A DNA stretch of 63,697 nucleotides, the filler included, from Syncephalis fuscata S228 (Eukaryota > Fungi > Zoopagomycota): the NCBI GenBank assembly GCA_025786725.1. It is 3 parts of 3 records of this genome, joined end to end, with 100 filler letters (N's around TTAATTAATTAA, not from the genome) between each part and the next. Parts side by side here need not be neighbours in the genome. Positions count along the whole stretch, not along the records: positions 45,131 to 63,697 come from JAHLTZ010000184.1; 2 more parts are not named here. The stretch is one strand, 5' to 3'. The notes beneath the pieces were generated by a model. The model had not been told where the DNA came from and did no database searches. It was given only the letters and a program-made list of their open reading frames with translations. This document shows, piece after piece, positions 52,016-63,697 of this stretch. The position numbers were made by a program, and so were the translations under genes. How positions within the stretch are numbered: position 1 is the first letter of the stretch; each line of letters starts with the position of its first letter.

Positions 52016-53035
52016 ATGGCACGTCCTAGACTTGATCGCTTTGGTTTGGCAATCTTGCTATGTACACTCAATATTCTGGTTTACATTGTGGTTATTATTG
52101 CTGCTATACTTAATCTGCTATCTGCAGATTTTGCTACCATCATCATCAATGTCTATATTATGTATGTAGCTACTAACAATTGCTGAATAACCATAACAAG
52201 CTAATATTCTGATAGAATACTTTCGCTTTGTTTGATTGTAAATGAATTTCAAACACCTGTTTTGGTTCAAGAATATTTTAAGTTTACTTGTACCTTTCTT
52301 GGTCGTGGACTTGTGTTTTTCTTGTAGGTTAAATTGTTATAATAATAATAATGATAATAATAATAGTAACAACGATGATAACATTAATGAATATTGATAA
52401 TTTGGTATAAATAGTCTAGGTTGTGTAGTTATTCGAAGAGAGCGATTTAATGTAGTTGCTGGTATTGTGGCAGCGGCTGTTGGTGTGTTTTATTTGATTC
52501 TGTCATTCACACCAGGTACACCCAGTTTGCTTGGTCTTTTTGTTGTATTCCGAGAGAGGCGTGATTACTGGAATGAGCGGGAGGCAAAAAAGCTTTCTCA
52601 ACAAGCTGCTCGTAGTCAAATTATAGTAACGAATCATTTGAACAGTAAGTTGTATAAATATATAATAGTGTTTATTGAATACAATAATTAATGTGTGTAT
52701 TGATATTAGATCAATCGAATCAAACATTAGCCACGAAAACAATATCACCATATGCTTCTGGCCATCCTAGTCAGGTTAGTTTCAATACAAGTGAACAACA
52801 GCAACAGCGACCATCCGAACCGGATCAGCATATGCCTGAAGCTCGCCGTTCTCGTGTCAGTATTCAATTATCGCAGATTAGTTTACCTGAAGGAGCCACT
52901 AAACAGGTTGAATTACCTCCACCGCCTCCAACTAATTATCCTTATCCTTATGCAACGTCCAATGGTAGTCGGCCTTCTTTTAATAATAGCCAGACATCAG
53001 TTCCTCAGCCACCGGCTGCCATTCATAGCGAATGA
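52016..53035 (+). CDS. COPI-associated / Tvp15-like Golgi membrane protein (4 exons)
   Basis: Hydrophobic helices with FKFTCTFLGRGLVFFFLG; Pro/Ser-rich tail. Confidence 0.72.
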
Positions 53036-53304
53036 TAATATGGCGTGCTAAAAATGCTTAGAGTATGACACAGTTGTATTATAATGTTATCAATATTATA
53101 TTATACGTTATATTGTTTTTGTTGAATATTGTTTTATTGCATCAATCTAACTTGTAGTTGAAGAGGAACAGCTGTGTAAGCATCTGCACTGCTTGTAACA
53201 TCATCCTATAGAGTGCAATAATTGCCATGTTTAGCAAAAACATTATAGACATTAGAAATTAAAATTATTTTTTTTCTTTTTTTCTTTCTTCCTTTGTTGT
53301 AATA

Positions 53305-54196
53305 ATGCCTAAGAAATCAGTACCTAAAAAGTCACAAACGAAATCTACGGCCGACGAGGCGGTGATTGCCAAGAAGCGTAGGCATAGTAGAGATTGCTAA
53401 AGATTGTTGCTTATAATGTGGGATTATATAGAAAAAAGTAATGGCAAAACGGCTATTGACGATATATTTGCTGGTCGTGTTACTGCACCTACACCTACCA
53501 CAAATACAGATACAGTAGTGGAAAAGGTCAAAACATCGAAAGCAATTAAGAAACAAAGGATTTCAGCTCAAACTAGTGATAGCCATAATACAGATACTAA
53601 TAATAGTGTGAATAGTGCAACAGACAAAACAACAAACAAAAAGCAACGTAAAAGTAAAAAGACAAAATTGGTACAATCAGCACAAGAGACGACAATCAGC
53701 ACAACAGCAACAACAATAAATTCAGCAAAATCAACAAAATCTACCGCGCAAGAAACTGTTGTCGTATTTGATGAGCCTACTGGAGAGAAATCACGTCAAG
53801 AAGAAAAGCTTAGAAAGCGGAAACGTGTCAATGCTGGTACGGGAATTACAACGACCACGACAGCCACAAGTACCATGGATGATGCATTTGCTGACACGCG
53901 TGGCAGCCAATCCTGTATGTAGCGCTATAAGTGGAATGCGTTGCCATGAATCTAATTTATATGCAACTAGCTCGCTACACCGAAGATGGCCTGCCTATCT
54001 ATGATGCTAAATTATTGCGTATTGGTGAGGGCGGAGGTAAGTAATTAATCAGCAGGCCTTAGTGTCTCTATAATATTGTTCTCATTGTATGTTACAGATA
54101 CCGATCAATGTCCGTTTGATTGCGAATGCTGTTGTAAGTAGCTAGTTAATCGTATGACTATGGGCAATATACTAACCAATGAATTGCGCAGTTTAA
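53305..54196 (+). CDS. DUF1764-family protein
   Basis: AIDDIFAG...DDAFADTRG...RYTEDGLPIY...GEGG|DTDQCPFDCECC|F*; the last coding exon is 5 nt. Confidence 0.88.
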
Positions 54197-54707
54197 GTCT
54201 TATTGGTAATTAACTACCGGCTAATCCTAATTATTGCTTGGTATGTCATCGATGAAAGGCTTGTCGGCTACCTGCTGATGATACTAACGAGAGTGTGCAC
54301 CAATGATGTCGGTGAGGTCAGCCGACCATTGAGTTCCTTTAAGTAATAAAGCTGTCGACCAACTTATCTACTCTCACACACTCACACGCAGATCCATAGT
54401 TTGCCTTTTCTTCTTTCTCTCACTCACCTACTCTATCACTCACTCTCAGTCTATCACTTTCTCTACTTATCTGTCTTTTGGTATCTGTGTATCTGCATGC
54501 GTGCATATATATGTTTACAAGTGTTTTGGCTAGCGTGCTAACATTAACCACTATTTCTACTCATACCACTACTATCATACTGCGTTTATAGTTTATTTCG
54601 CCGAAAGTCTATCTTTTTAAACTTTATTCGCCGTCTCATCCTATTTAGTGACTGGTTATTAAGCTTATTGCTACCAATACACAAAGATATTGCTCATCTT
54701 GGTCATT

Positions 54708-55302
54708 ATGGGGCTTATTCGTAAACAGTTTCTTAATGGCAACCGTGTATACAGCTGCAAACAGTGCACCACGCACTTGGCTCCTAAAGACGATGTTATG
54801 TCTACGGTAATTGTCGTACTTTCCTTTTTCTATTTATAAATAATAGCAGCGACGATAGCGACGCATTCCTCATATGTTCAGCCGCACTAACATATGAGCG
54901 CTGTAGGCATTTCAAGGCCAGAAGGGTCGTGCCTATCTTTTCCGAGCTGTGTAAGTTAGCTGAATAGAAGGCTGTTTCATAAACGTATCGACGGTTTCTA
55001 ATGACGACACCGTCTTCGTTTTTTTTCCACTTTTTCAGTGTTAATGTAGTTGAAGGGCCTATTCAGGACCGGGAAATGACGACTGGCCGACACATTGTAC
55101 GCGATATCGAGTGTATTGAATGCCATCAAGTAATTGGCTGGCGATACGTAAGTGACTTGTATAATTGTTGGGTTTTCTTTGGCCCAATGAATAACGTCAT
55201 AATCGTTTGTTCCGTGTATAGGTTAAGGCCTATGAAGAGTCTCAGCGATACAAAGAAGGACGCTTTATACTGGAGAAGGAGCTGTTAGTGCTGCTAACGT
55301 AG
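54708..55302 (+). CDS. MOH1: Yippee/Moh1-family zinc-binding protein (4 exons)
   Basis: YSCKQCTTHL...FQGQKGRAYLF...REMTTGRHIVRDIECIECHQVIGWRY|VKAYEESQRYKEGRFILEK. Confidence 0.93.
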
Positions 55303-56389
55303 TCATTGATACTACTCCTGTGTAATTAATATTTTGCGTATTGGCCGCTAAGAGTCCTTGTTACTGCAGTTACTGCAGCTATTTTTACCGTTGCTGTATA
55401 TTATTAGTGTTGACGTGTTGACGTGTGCGTATTTGCAAAGAAGAGATGAATAAACGCTGCTATAGTATACTATTAGCTTTAGTATATTTTTATGTTTGTT
55501 TTAAAACAAGAAAAAAAAAGTAAATATTAAGAATGTTGTGTAAATTATCATAATTACTAATACCATAATGATAACAATAGTAATGAACTTTTTAAATATT
55601 AATATAAAGATTATAATTAAATTCTAAGTTGTTGTTTAAATATTCAAATCATGTTGGCCATTTTAAAAATTATTGTGACTGGTAAATGTAAACTTTTATT
55701 TTAGTTGAAGCAAAGTGTTATGATTGCACGGGGGGAGGAAGAGAGGAAGAGGATGAGGAAGAAAAGGTGATTACTTGTTAGATTCAATAAATTTTAATAT
55801 TATATTTGACTAGTGTAATAATATCAAATATTTTGTGGTAATCATTGCATTGTAAATATACACATCGTGCTGCTATTTTTTTGTATTTGTGTACAAAATG
55901 TATTGTGATCTGATCAAAAGGGCGTAATGCTGTTCAGCGATTTAATTTACACTGACAATTCCGATTTGTAAAAAACCAGCCACTATATTAAATATAATAA
56001 AGCCAGTGATCCATTAAACATTAGGCAATATTTTTATAGTATTCAGTATCGTGTAGATTTGATTGTGTCATAGACAGTGAGAGTGATATAACGTGGCTAT
56101 AAGTTATATTGATTACAAATAAAAGGAAGCATTCAGATAGTTGTTAACTCAATGCCACAAAATATCGCCAGTTTAAATTGTTAATTAGCTGAAATTGAAA
56201 TAATTGTTTTAAATTCAGACATTTGGTTGCCAAACTTAGAACTTCGATTGGACAAACGTATCCCCAACACATATAAGAATAGACCAGTATCACTCTTTAC
56301 TTTCTGTTAAATACTTGCTGCTATCTATTCCATATCAAACACAATCTATTGTTTATTCTACTTGCTTGTTTCAACAAATCGATAGCACC

Positions 56390-56608
56390 ATGAAGCTTTC
56401 TATTGCCGTCGCCTGCACCATCGTTATGGCTTTTGTAATCAATACAGCAATGGTGGATGCTAAGCCAGCTTTAATACGTCGTGCTGGTGGGCAAATTAAT
56501 ACTAAACTCTGCTGTCCTTGCTGTCCTAGTCCTGCTAGTGCATCCGTCGCTTGCGTTATTTGTCCTGCCCAGAATTGTCTTGCTGTGCTTTGCAAAAGTC
56601 TAAACTAA
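56390..56608 (+). CDS. Small secreted cysteine-rich protein (72 aa)
   Basis: Signal MKLSIAVACTIVMAFVINTAMVDA; pro-region KPALIRR; 41-aa mature part with 8 Cys; CACCATG start context; TATA-like ~56271. Confidence 0.8.
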   Translation: MKLSIAVACTIVMAFVINTAMVDAKPALIRRAGGQINTKLCCPCCPSPASASVACVICPAQNCLAVLCKSLN

Positions 56609-57059
56609 TCGGCTTTCTCAAGTCATTAGCATTGGTAGTAAAGCTGGACTGCTAGTTTAATATATTTCAGGTATATATTCGGCAAAAAGCAAAAATATTT
56701 AGCACTTGCCGTTTAGTTCATTTATACATCAAGTTCCTACCAATGCTTCGGTTTATTTGACTTTCAATCAATAGAATTATTGTATTGCTGATAAGTTTGA
56801 ATTTAATTGAATATAATCAACTATGCGAACTTGTAATAAATATATGATTCCATTTCAAAAATGTGCATGAAAATAGAACAATAATTCATAAGTGGCTTAA
56901 GTAATTCAACGTACTAGAGCCTAAAGAGACTTGGATAGTAAATAACAAAACAACGCAGCTCGGAAAAAAAAGGATATTCGGCATTAAAGTCAACGAGTAT
57001 ATAACTTTTCAAGTTTGTCCATTACGTAGAACAAGAAGATTGGCTTATATTTAAGATAC

Positions 57060-57430
57060 AGTTAGATCAAATCTCCATGCTTAACCAACATGGCTATAAA
57101 TCTATATACATATAAAAGTATAGATAACAGTAACTGGAATTTAGAACTACATGTTGTTGCTGCAATATGGGAAATGATGCTTTACAAAATATAATAAAGC
57201 TTGGTCAACAAACTTGACTTTCAAAAAAACAAATGTTCTGCTGCCATTACAAAAAATAATACATTTACACTTCAAACTGTAATCGACAGAATGAAGCTAC
57301 AGCTGTGTAATCCAACATTTATTACAGTTCGAAATTTTATACTTCAGACTGAGTAGCAGCTTACAGGTGGTAAACGTGGTTGTGATATTTGGCGTGGATT
57401 TGCCAAGGTAGATTAGGCATTGAAGCAGGT
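57060..57430 (+). pseudogene. Fungalysin (peptidase M36) C-terminal pseudogene fragment
   Basis: One frame reads LELHVVAAIWEMMLYKI**SLVNK...TLQTVIDRMKLQLCNPTFITVRNFILQTE*QLTGGKRGCDIWRGFAK. This matches the M36 pattern EVH..GEVW..ML...DGMKLQPCNPTF...TGG...C.IW.GFAKRG. Confidence 0.85.
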
Positions 57431-58372
57431 GTGAGTGCTGATAAGAAGTGAGTTGAAGGCACAAAGTTATCTGAAAAATGCATAGTTTGACCCATCCAAT
57501 ATTACTAATGTTAAACAATTAGCTACAGCCATTAATATTTTATGATTACTAATGCTAGTTTGCTAATTTAAATGCCTAAGGATTTTCTTGAACAAAATCG
57601 GGTCCCATTTATGGCGAATGAAGCCATAGATGCAATATTTAACGCGCCATTAGGTTAATATACTGCACCTGTATATCTACGGCTATTTCGGGCTTTACGC
57701 GACAAAGCAGTGGAACTGAATGGCAGCGCAGAAAATGAAGCATCCGTTTCTTTCCATTGGTCGGCACGCAAAGTGGAGATTGCTCTTTGGGCCGCAGCAG
57801 TTTCAAATGTCTAAATTCTTACGTATAATATAGTTGAATTAAGCCCCAATCAGAAGTATATCTATTTTAGCATTTGCAAATATTAGGCAGTTGCATTGCT
57901 AAATATGTAATTGCGTGACTAGTATGAGAAAACAGAGAGTTTAAACAAATATAATAATTTATTGGCTTTTAAAAGCACTAGTATTAAGCTATAATAAATT
58001 CCAGTATCTTGATACATTCTATTGCTATTAAAAATGTATAACTTTAATTGAAACTTTACAATACTAGCTTATCATTACAATCTAATAAGTTGCTAATACT
58101 AAATATCGGAATTTGTATTTACTTATAGCATTTCCATAGAATACCAAGTTTAAATCCCGCTTATAAACAAGAATAGAATTTACACATTTATTAGCCAGTA
58201 GATGGATGTTCATTCGGCTATAAAAACCCGTTGGTTTTGCCTACTAACTTAGTGTTATCATCAGCAACATTTTGAATTCCTTTTTTCGTTTAATCCAAAT
58301 TCTCAAAGGCATCGCAGGTCGTGGTCATCTTCTGTCATTTTTGTTTGAAACAAAAAATCTTTTTTCGTCACC

Positions 58373-58594
58373 ATGAAAAGTTTTATTGCTAAAGCCAGTA
58401 TACCTAGCGTATTAGTAGTGGCGGTCATGCTTAATCTTCCGGTTAGCCATCATGCTCTAGCCAAACCTATTGAAAGGCGCGCCAACAGTGTAGAAGCAGC
58501 TGTTTATCTAAATCCATTTACTGAAGTGCCCATAGTCGAAATTACGGATTACACAATTTTCACGCCACTCTACGATGTATTAGACCTCAATTAA
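58373..58594 (+). CDS. Small secreted peptide precursor (73 aa)
   Basis: Signal-like N-terminus, pro-region KPIERR, 37-aa acidic/hydrophobic mature part; CACCATG start context; TATAAAA ~58219. Confidence 0.65.
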   Translation: MKSFIAKASIPSVLVVAVMLNLPVSHHALAKPIERRANSVEAAVYLNPFTEVPIVEITDYTIFTPLYDVLDLN

Positions 58595-59769
58595 ACTTGA
58601 ATTTATATGTAAATATAATTCAGTTAATTATGTACCAATATTTAAAATGCATGTTTATCGATACTAATAAATGCAGGTCATTTAAAGTTTAATCAAGTAT
58701 ATTATAATCGTCTATTTAATAAGCATTATTTTTGATTTAATGTTTTTTATTGCAAGTTATGTTATTTGTAGATTTTAACTTGGTTTGCTTAAATAAATAA
58801 GTACATACATACATACATACATACTACAATTTATGCTAATAGTTATATACTTCAATTATTTGTTTAATTTACATTGTTTCATGCTATAATGATAAAACAT
58901 TAGAAACACTTGTAAAATCTTAATTTATAGCTACATTTCTAGTATCGATAAGAAGCAAACTGAAATGTTATCGAATCGAACGTGCAATCTTCACATTGAA
59001 TCAACTTTCCAACAATGGTTATATCATAGCGCAATACCAATAGTATTATTGAATTATAAAGTTTCTATTTTATTTTAAAATTAACCAGTACCAATTCAGA
59101 CAACGATAATAATATCCTACCTCCAGTCTATCTATAGTTCAGCCGTAAAGGCAACGGTTAAGAAAGAAAGAAATAAATTGCAATAAAAAACAAAGGCTTA
59201 TTGCGTAGTAGTATCAGCCACACATAGCAACATTCCAGTGTTAGTTTTTAGTGCTATTTATCAAATAGTCGACAATAGGTATGCTCACAGCTATTTGTAA
59301 AATATTGCTGTTATTTGCAAAATACATATTTATAAATGCTAAAAAGCAATGGTATTTACAAGTAGTATTAATTTAAAGCATGTAGCATAATAATACGAAG
59401 GCCATTCTTGCTTTGTACATATACTACCGGCTACGCACCAGGAAGGAAATTTTTATGAATGACGTGCACAGCCAAATACCAACACTTAAACCAAAGCTTG
59501 TTTATAAGCAGTAAAAGTATGTAGTCATTGGTAACAAGAATCAGTTAGTTATACCAGTTCAAATATGCCACAATCCACAAAAACAAGTGCTTTATAAATG
59601 GCGCTGATCATAGTGTTAGGAAATACTGGTGTTTAAGAAGTACCGATTAGTAAGATTGTCTAGGTAATGAAAATGAAAAAGCAGTCGGTAAAGAGACAAC
59701 AGTTTATATAGCCAACACAAAAGGTAAAGATAATTCATAGCAGAACAGACCATTTAAGAGAGTTTTGAC

Positions 59770-59965
59770 AGTACATTGGAATGTACAAGTATATACAATA
59801 GACGAATGCTCTCAAGTGGGAAGAAAGAGAAAGGAAATGTGATGACGTAAATTGTCAAATGTGGAGCTTGTCAGTCAATATTTATAAAAATGCAAGTTTA
59901 ATTTATTAACAAGCGGAGTGTGAAATAATAAAAGTCAATATACCAACAAGTCGGTATATCATATA
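59770..59965 (-). repeat. Inverse paralog of 32100-32290
   Basis: See 32100-32290; followed on the minus strand by stop-ridden, hydrophobic coding-like sequence to ~59100. Confidence 0.7.
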
Positions 59966-60286
59966 ACAATAAGTGAAGCAGTAAACGCATTAAGAATAAA
60001 AGTTGTTTGACATAAAAAATAACTCACCATCATAGAGCGTGTTTAACAATAAATAGTGAATGCATAAAAAACAAGTCATTTGAAACAAAAAGTCACTATT
60101 ATAAAACATGTTTATAAGCAAAGTGTCGCGTATGATTCAAGAATAGTTATTTTGATATCCAAAATGCAAATAAGCTTGTAAAAAATAACTTTAATTCCAT
60201 ATATATATATTAACAAAAGAACAGCAATGAGTATACCATAGTTTAATATTGATAATGTTACGCAGCCACATATGTAGTGCGACAAT

Positions 60287-60334
60287 ATTCTAGAGTGTTC
60301 CAGCATTTTCTTTTTGGTTTTAGTATTTATAAAA
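60287..60334 (+). promoter_or_regulatory. Degenerate heat-shock element plus TATA box of HSP104
   Basis: aTTCt aGAGt gTTCc aGCAt tTTCt alternating pentamers at 60287-60311; TATAAAA at 60328-60334. Confidence 0.6.
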
Positions 60335-60459
60335 CAGTTTCGTTTTAAACTTGGTCACTCAGCTTTTATGCAAGCCATTTATTTCTCTTCAAAATTGAAA
60401 TTTTAGGATAACTTTTTCATTCACTATATTGTATTTTCTTCAAGTGTATTATCGCAAAA

Positions 60460-63400
60460 ATGGCTTTTAATCCCCAGGAAATGACCGAGAAAACGGTCAG
60501 CATCATCAATGCATCTATTGAGATGGCACAGTCTTATCAGAATGCGCAGCTGGTAAGTAACATCAATAAATATATCAAAAAGTATTGAAGCTAATTACAA
60601 TGCCTTTTATCTAGGCCCGGCTCATATCGGCTGTGCTCTAATGGAGGACGAAGAGCATTTAATGCGCAACATTGTGCAAAAAGCAGGTGGCGATCCATTG
60701 ATGGTTGAACGTGGACTAAAACGTCTACTTGTACGTTTGCCTGCACAAGATCCACCACCAGATCAAACATCTATGTCGTCGGCAGCGCTGAAATTGCTGA
60801 AAAATGCAAAGGATAAGCAGAAGGCGCAAAAGGATGCACACTTGGCTGTCGATCATTTGATTCTTGCGCTTATGGATGATCATGATATTGCTAACGCGCT
60901 GACTGAAGGTGGTGTATCCAAGAAATCTCTTGAACAAGCCGTAGCTCAGGTGCGTGGCAATCGCCGTGTCGAAAGCCGTACTGCAGAGGAAGGCTACGAC
61001 GCACTGAACAAGTATGCAATCGATATGATTGCATTGGCAGAAAGCGGTAAAATTGATCCGGTCATTGGCCGAGATGATGAGATTAGACGCGTCATTCGTG
61101 TTTTATCTCGTCGCACCAAAAACAATCCTGTACTTATCGGAGAACCAGGTGTTGGTAGGTTGTTTATAGGTTGTGTTATTTTCCGCTAATACAACACTAC
61201 ATAGGTAAAACGGCTATTGTTGAAGGATTGGCGCAGCGTATTGTGCGTAAAGATGTGCCAATGAATCTGCAGGCTAAGCTTTATTCGCTAGACATGGGTG
61301 CTCTAATTGGTAAGGAATTATGTGTAAACAATAGTACTAAGTATTCTAATACTACTATAAATCCTAGCTGGTGCAAAGTATCGAGGTGAATTTGAAGAGC
61401 GCCTTAAATCAGTACTGAAAGAAGTAAAGGAAAGTGAGACAGGTGTTATTTTATTCATCGATGAAATTCACTTGGTATTGGGTGCCGGCAAGACAGAAGG
61501 AGCTATGGATGCGGCTAACTTGTTGAAGCCTATGTTGGCACGAGGCGAATTACGTTGTATTGTAAGGCACTGATATATATAAAATTAATTATGGATGTTA
61601 ACGTTTATATGCAGGGTGCTACAACACTCGATGAGTATAAAAAGTATATGGAAAAAGACGCTGCTTTTGAACGTCGATTCCAACAAGTTCAAGTTGGTGA
61701 GCCATCAGTTACTGATACTATCAGTATTCTTCGTGGCCTTAAAGAAAAGTACGAAAACCACCACGGCGTCAAGATTGCAGATGCTGCATTAGTGGCTGCA
61801 GCCAAGTTATCAAAGCGTTATATAACAAGCCGGTTTCTACCGGATAAAGCCATCGATTTGATGGATGAAGCATGTGCAAACACCCGCGTACAGCTAGATT
61901 CACAACCGGAAATCATCGATCAATTAGAGCGGCGTCAGCTACAACTGGAAGTCGAAGCAACCGCTATGGCCAAGGAAAAAGATAGCGCAAGCCAACATCG
62001 ACTGAAAAAGGTCAACGAAGAAATAAGCAAAATTCAAGACAAGTTGCAGCCGTTGAAGCTACAATACAGTATGCAAAAGTCATATCGATGAAATTCGCAC
62101 GCTTAAACAAAGTTGGACGATATGCGCAACCGAGCTGATGAAGCAGAACGACGACGTGATTTGGCCAAGGCTGCTGATATTCGCTACTATGCAATTCCAG
62201 ATATCGAAAAACAATTGGCAAAGCTTGCACATGAGGAGGAAGAGCGTAAGAAACCGAGAGCGAACGACAAGCAAACATGGGCGAAGATGATGATACAGAT
62301 AGTGCACCAATGCTGACAGACGTGTGGGCGAGGAACAAATTACAGAGGTTGTTGCTCGATGGACTGGCATTCCAGTACAGCGTCTTAATCGTACGCAGGC
62401 TGACCGTTTGCTTAAGCTGGAGAAACGCTACGAAAACGTGTTGTAGGTCAGGAGGAACAGTCAATGCTGTTGCGATGCTGTGTTGCGTAGTAGGGCTGGA
62501 CTTGCACGGGAACAGCAGCCAACTGGTAGCTTTTTATTCCTTGGACCAACTGGTGTCGTAAAACCGAATTGGCCAAAGCGTTGGCCGCTGAGTTATTTGA
62601 TAGCGAGCAATACATGTTCGTATTGATATGTCCGAGTATATGGAAAGGTAAGATAAATTTATTTATAGCTAGATTTAGATTGCAAAATACTAAAAAATCT
62701 ATCTATGTTCAGTCATTCAGTGTCACGTTTAATTGGTGCACCGCCCGGCTACGTTGGCTATGACGGAGGTGGCCAACTGACCGAAGTTATTCGGCGTCGA
62801 CCTTACACGGTTGTGCTGTTCGACGAAGTTGAAAAGGCCCATCAACAAGTGCTGAATATTCTACTTGAGGTACTCGATGATGCTCGACTCACCGATGGAC
62901 GAGGTCGTGTTGTCGATTTTAGCAACACAGTAATTATTCTTACGAGTAATATTGGCCAGGAACATATATTAGCTGGTACACAGAAAGACGGCCACATTAA
63001 CGCGGCCACACGTGAACTAGTGCTTAGCGATATGAAACGATTCTTCCGACCTGAGTTTCTAAATCGACTCGATGATATTGTTATGTTTTCAGCATTGACT
63101 CCAGAGAATCTGCGCGATGTTGTGCGTATTCAAATTGACCGAGTGGCCGCACGTCTTGCCCAGCGTCACATCGCACTAAGGATCAAGGATAAGGCGCTTG
63201 ATGTGATTGTTGAAACATCCTATGACCCGTCGTTTGGAGCACGGCCTCTACGACGCTATCTGGAAAAGTACATTGTAACGCAAGTCAGCCGTATGTTAGT
63301 TGGCGGCGACTTATCCGAGAGATCTTTGGTTATTGTTGATGCCGACGAAAAGCACAAATTGGTATTTAAGGTCGAGCCATTACCCGATAACATGGTATTA

Positions 63401-63463
63401 GAGGATGAAGCCAGTACTGGCGCACTTACTACCGATGCCATGCCCATTGATCCCGTTGAGTAA
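60460..63463 (+). CDS. HSP104: Hsp104/ClpB disaggregase (multi-exon; frameshifts at 62080-62640)
   Basis: [13 protein letters not shown]...[13 protein letters not shown]|[11 protein letters not shown]; LFIDEIH; [10 protein letters not shown]; [11 protein letters not shown]; LFDEVEKAH; FGARPLRR. Confidence 0.96.
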
Positions 63464-63697
63464 GGCAAGCGTAAACAATAAATATTAGTACTAGGACTAA
63501 CATCAGGTTATCATATACTTTATTTTACCACTAATATAGTTTGAGAACGGTGACGACGTTGCGCCAAAGCGACGACGTATTAATAAATGACAATATTTTT
63601 AATAAGCAATATGGTTTATTTTAAATGCCAAGCTTTATTACCAAATCATTTAGAGTTACTCTGCAAATATACGCAATAATCATGCAATAGGTTATAA

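Overview
Eukaryotic, intron-rich fungal DNA (short AT-rich GT-AG introns). The gene content (RalGAP-alpha, SAMHD1-like, divergent F-box and 7TM proteins, secreted tyrosinase, fungalysin relic) suggests an early-diverging lineage, perhaps Zoopagomycota such as Syncephalis; this is inference. The window is three contigs joined by artificial N44-TTAATTAATTAA-N44 linkers (20533-20632, 45031-45130). Recognisable genes are SPE2, a RalGAP-alpha-like GAP, RIB4, a SAMHD1-like dNTPase, a MATA-type HMG-box factor, an enoyl-CoA hydratase, SLA2, a Rua1-like factor, TVP15-like, DUF1764, Yippee and HSP104, plus three small secreted peptides. Repeats include Mutator-like relics, MITE-like elements and a tRNA-derived SINE with a perfect 17-bp target-site duplication (TSD). 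The most striking structure is a MATA-HMG gene about 3 kb from SLA2 (the classic MAT-locus neighbour in ascomycetes), with SLA2 enclosed by a ~510-bp, ~99% identical inverted repeat. This is a candidate mating-type-like locus beside a potentially invertible segment. Several conserved genes carry short frameshifting indels, probably assembly errors. All alignments were done by eye.
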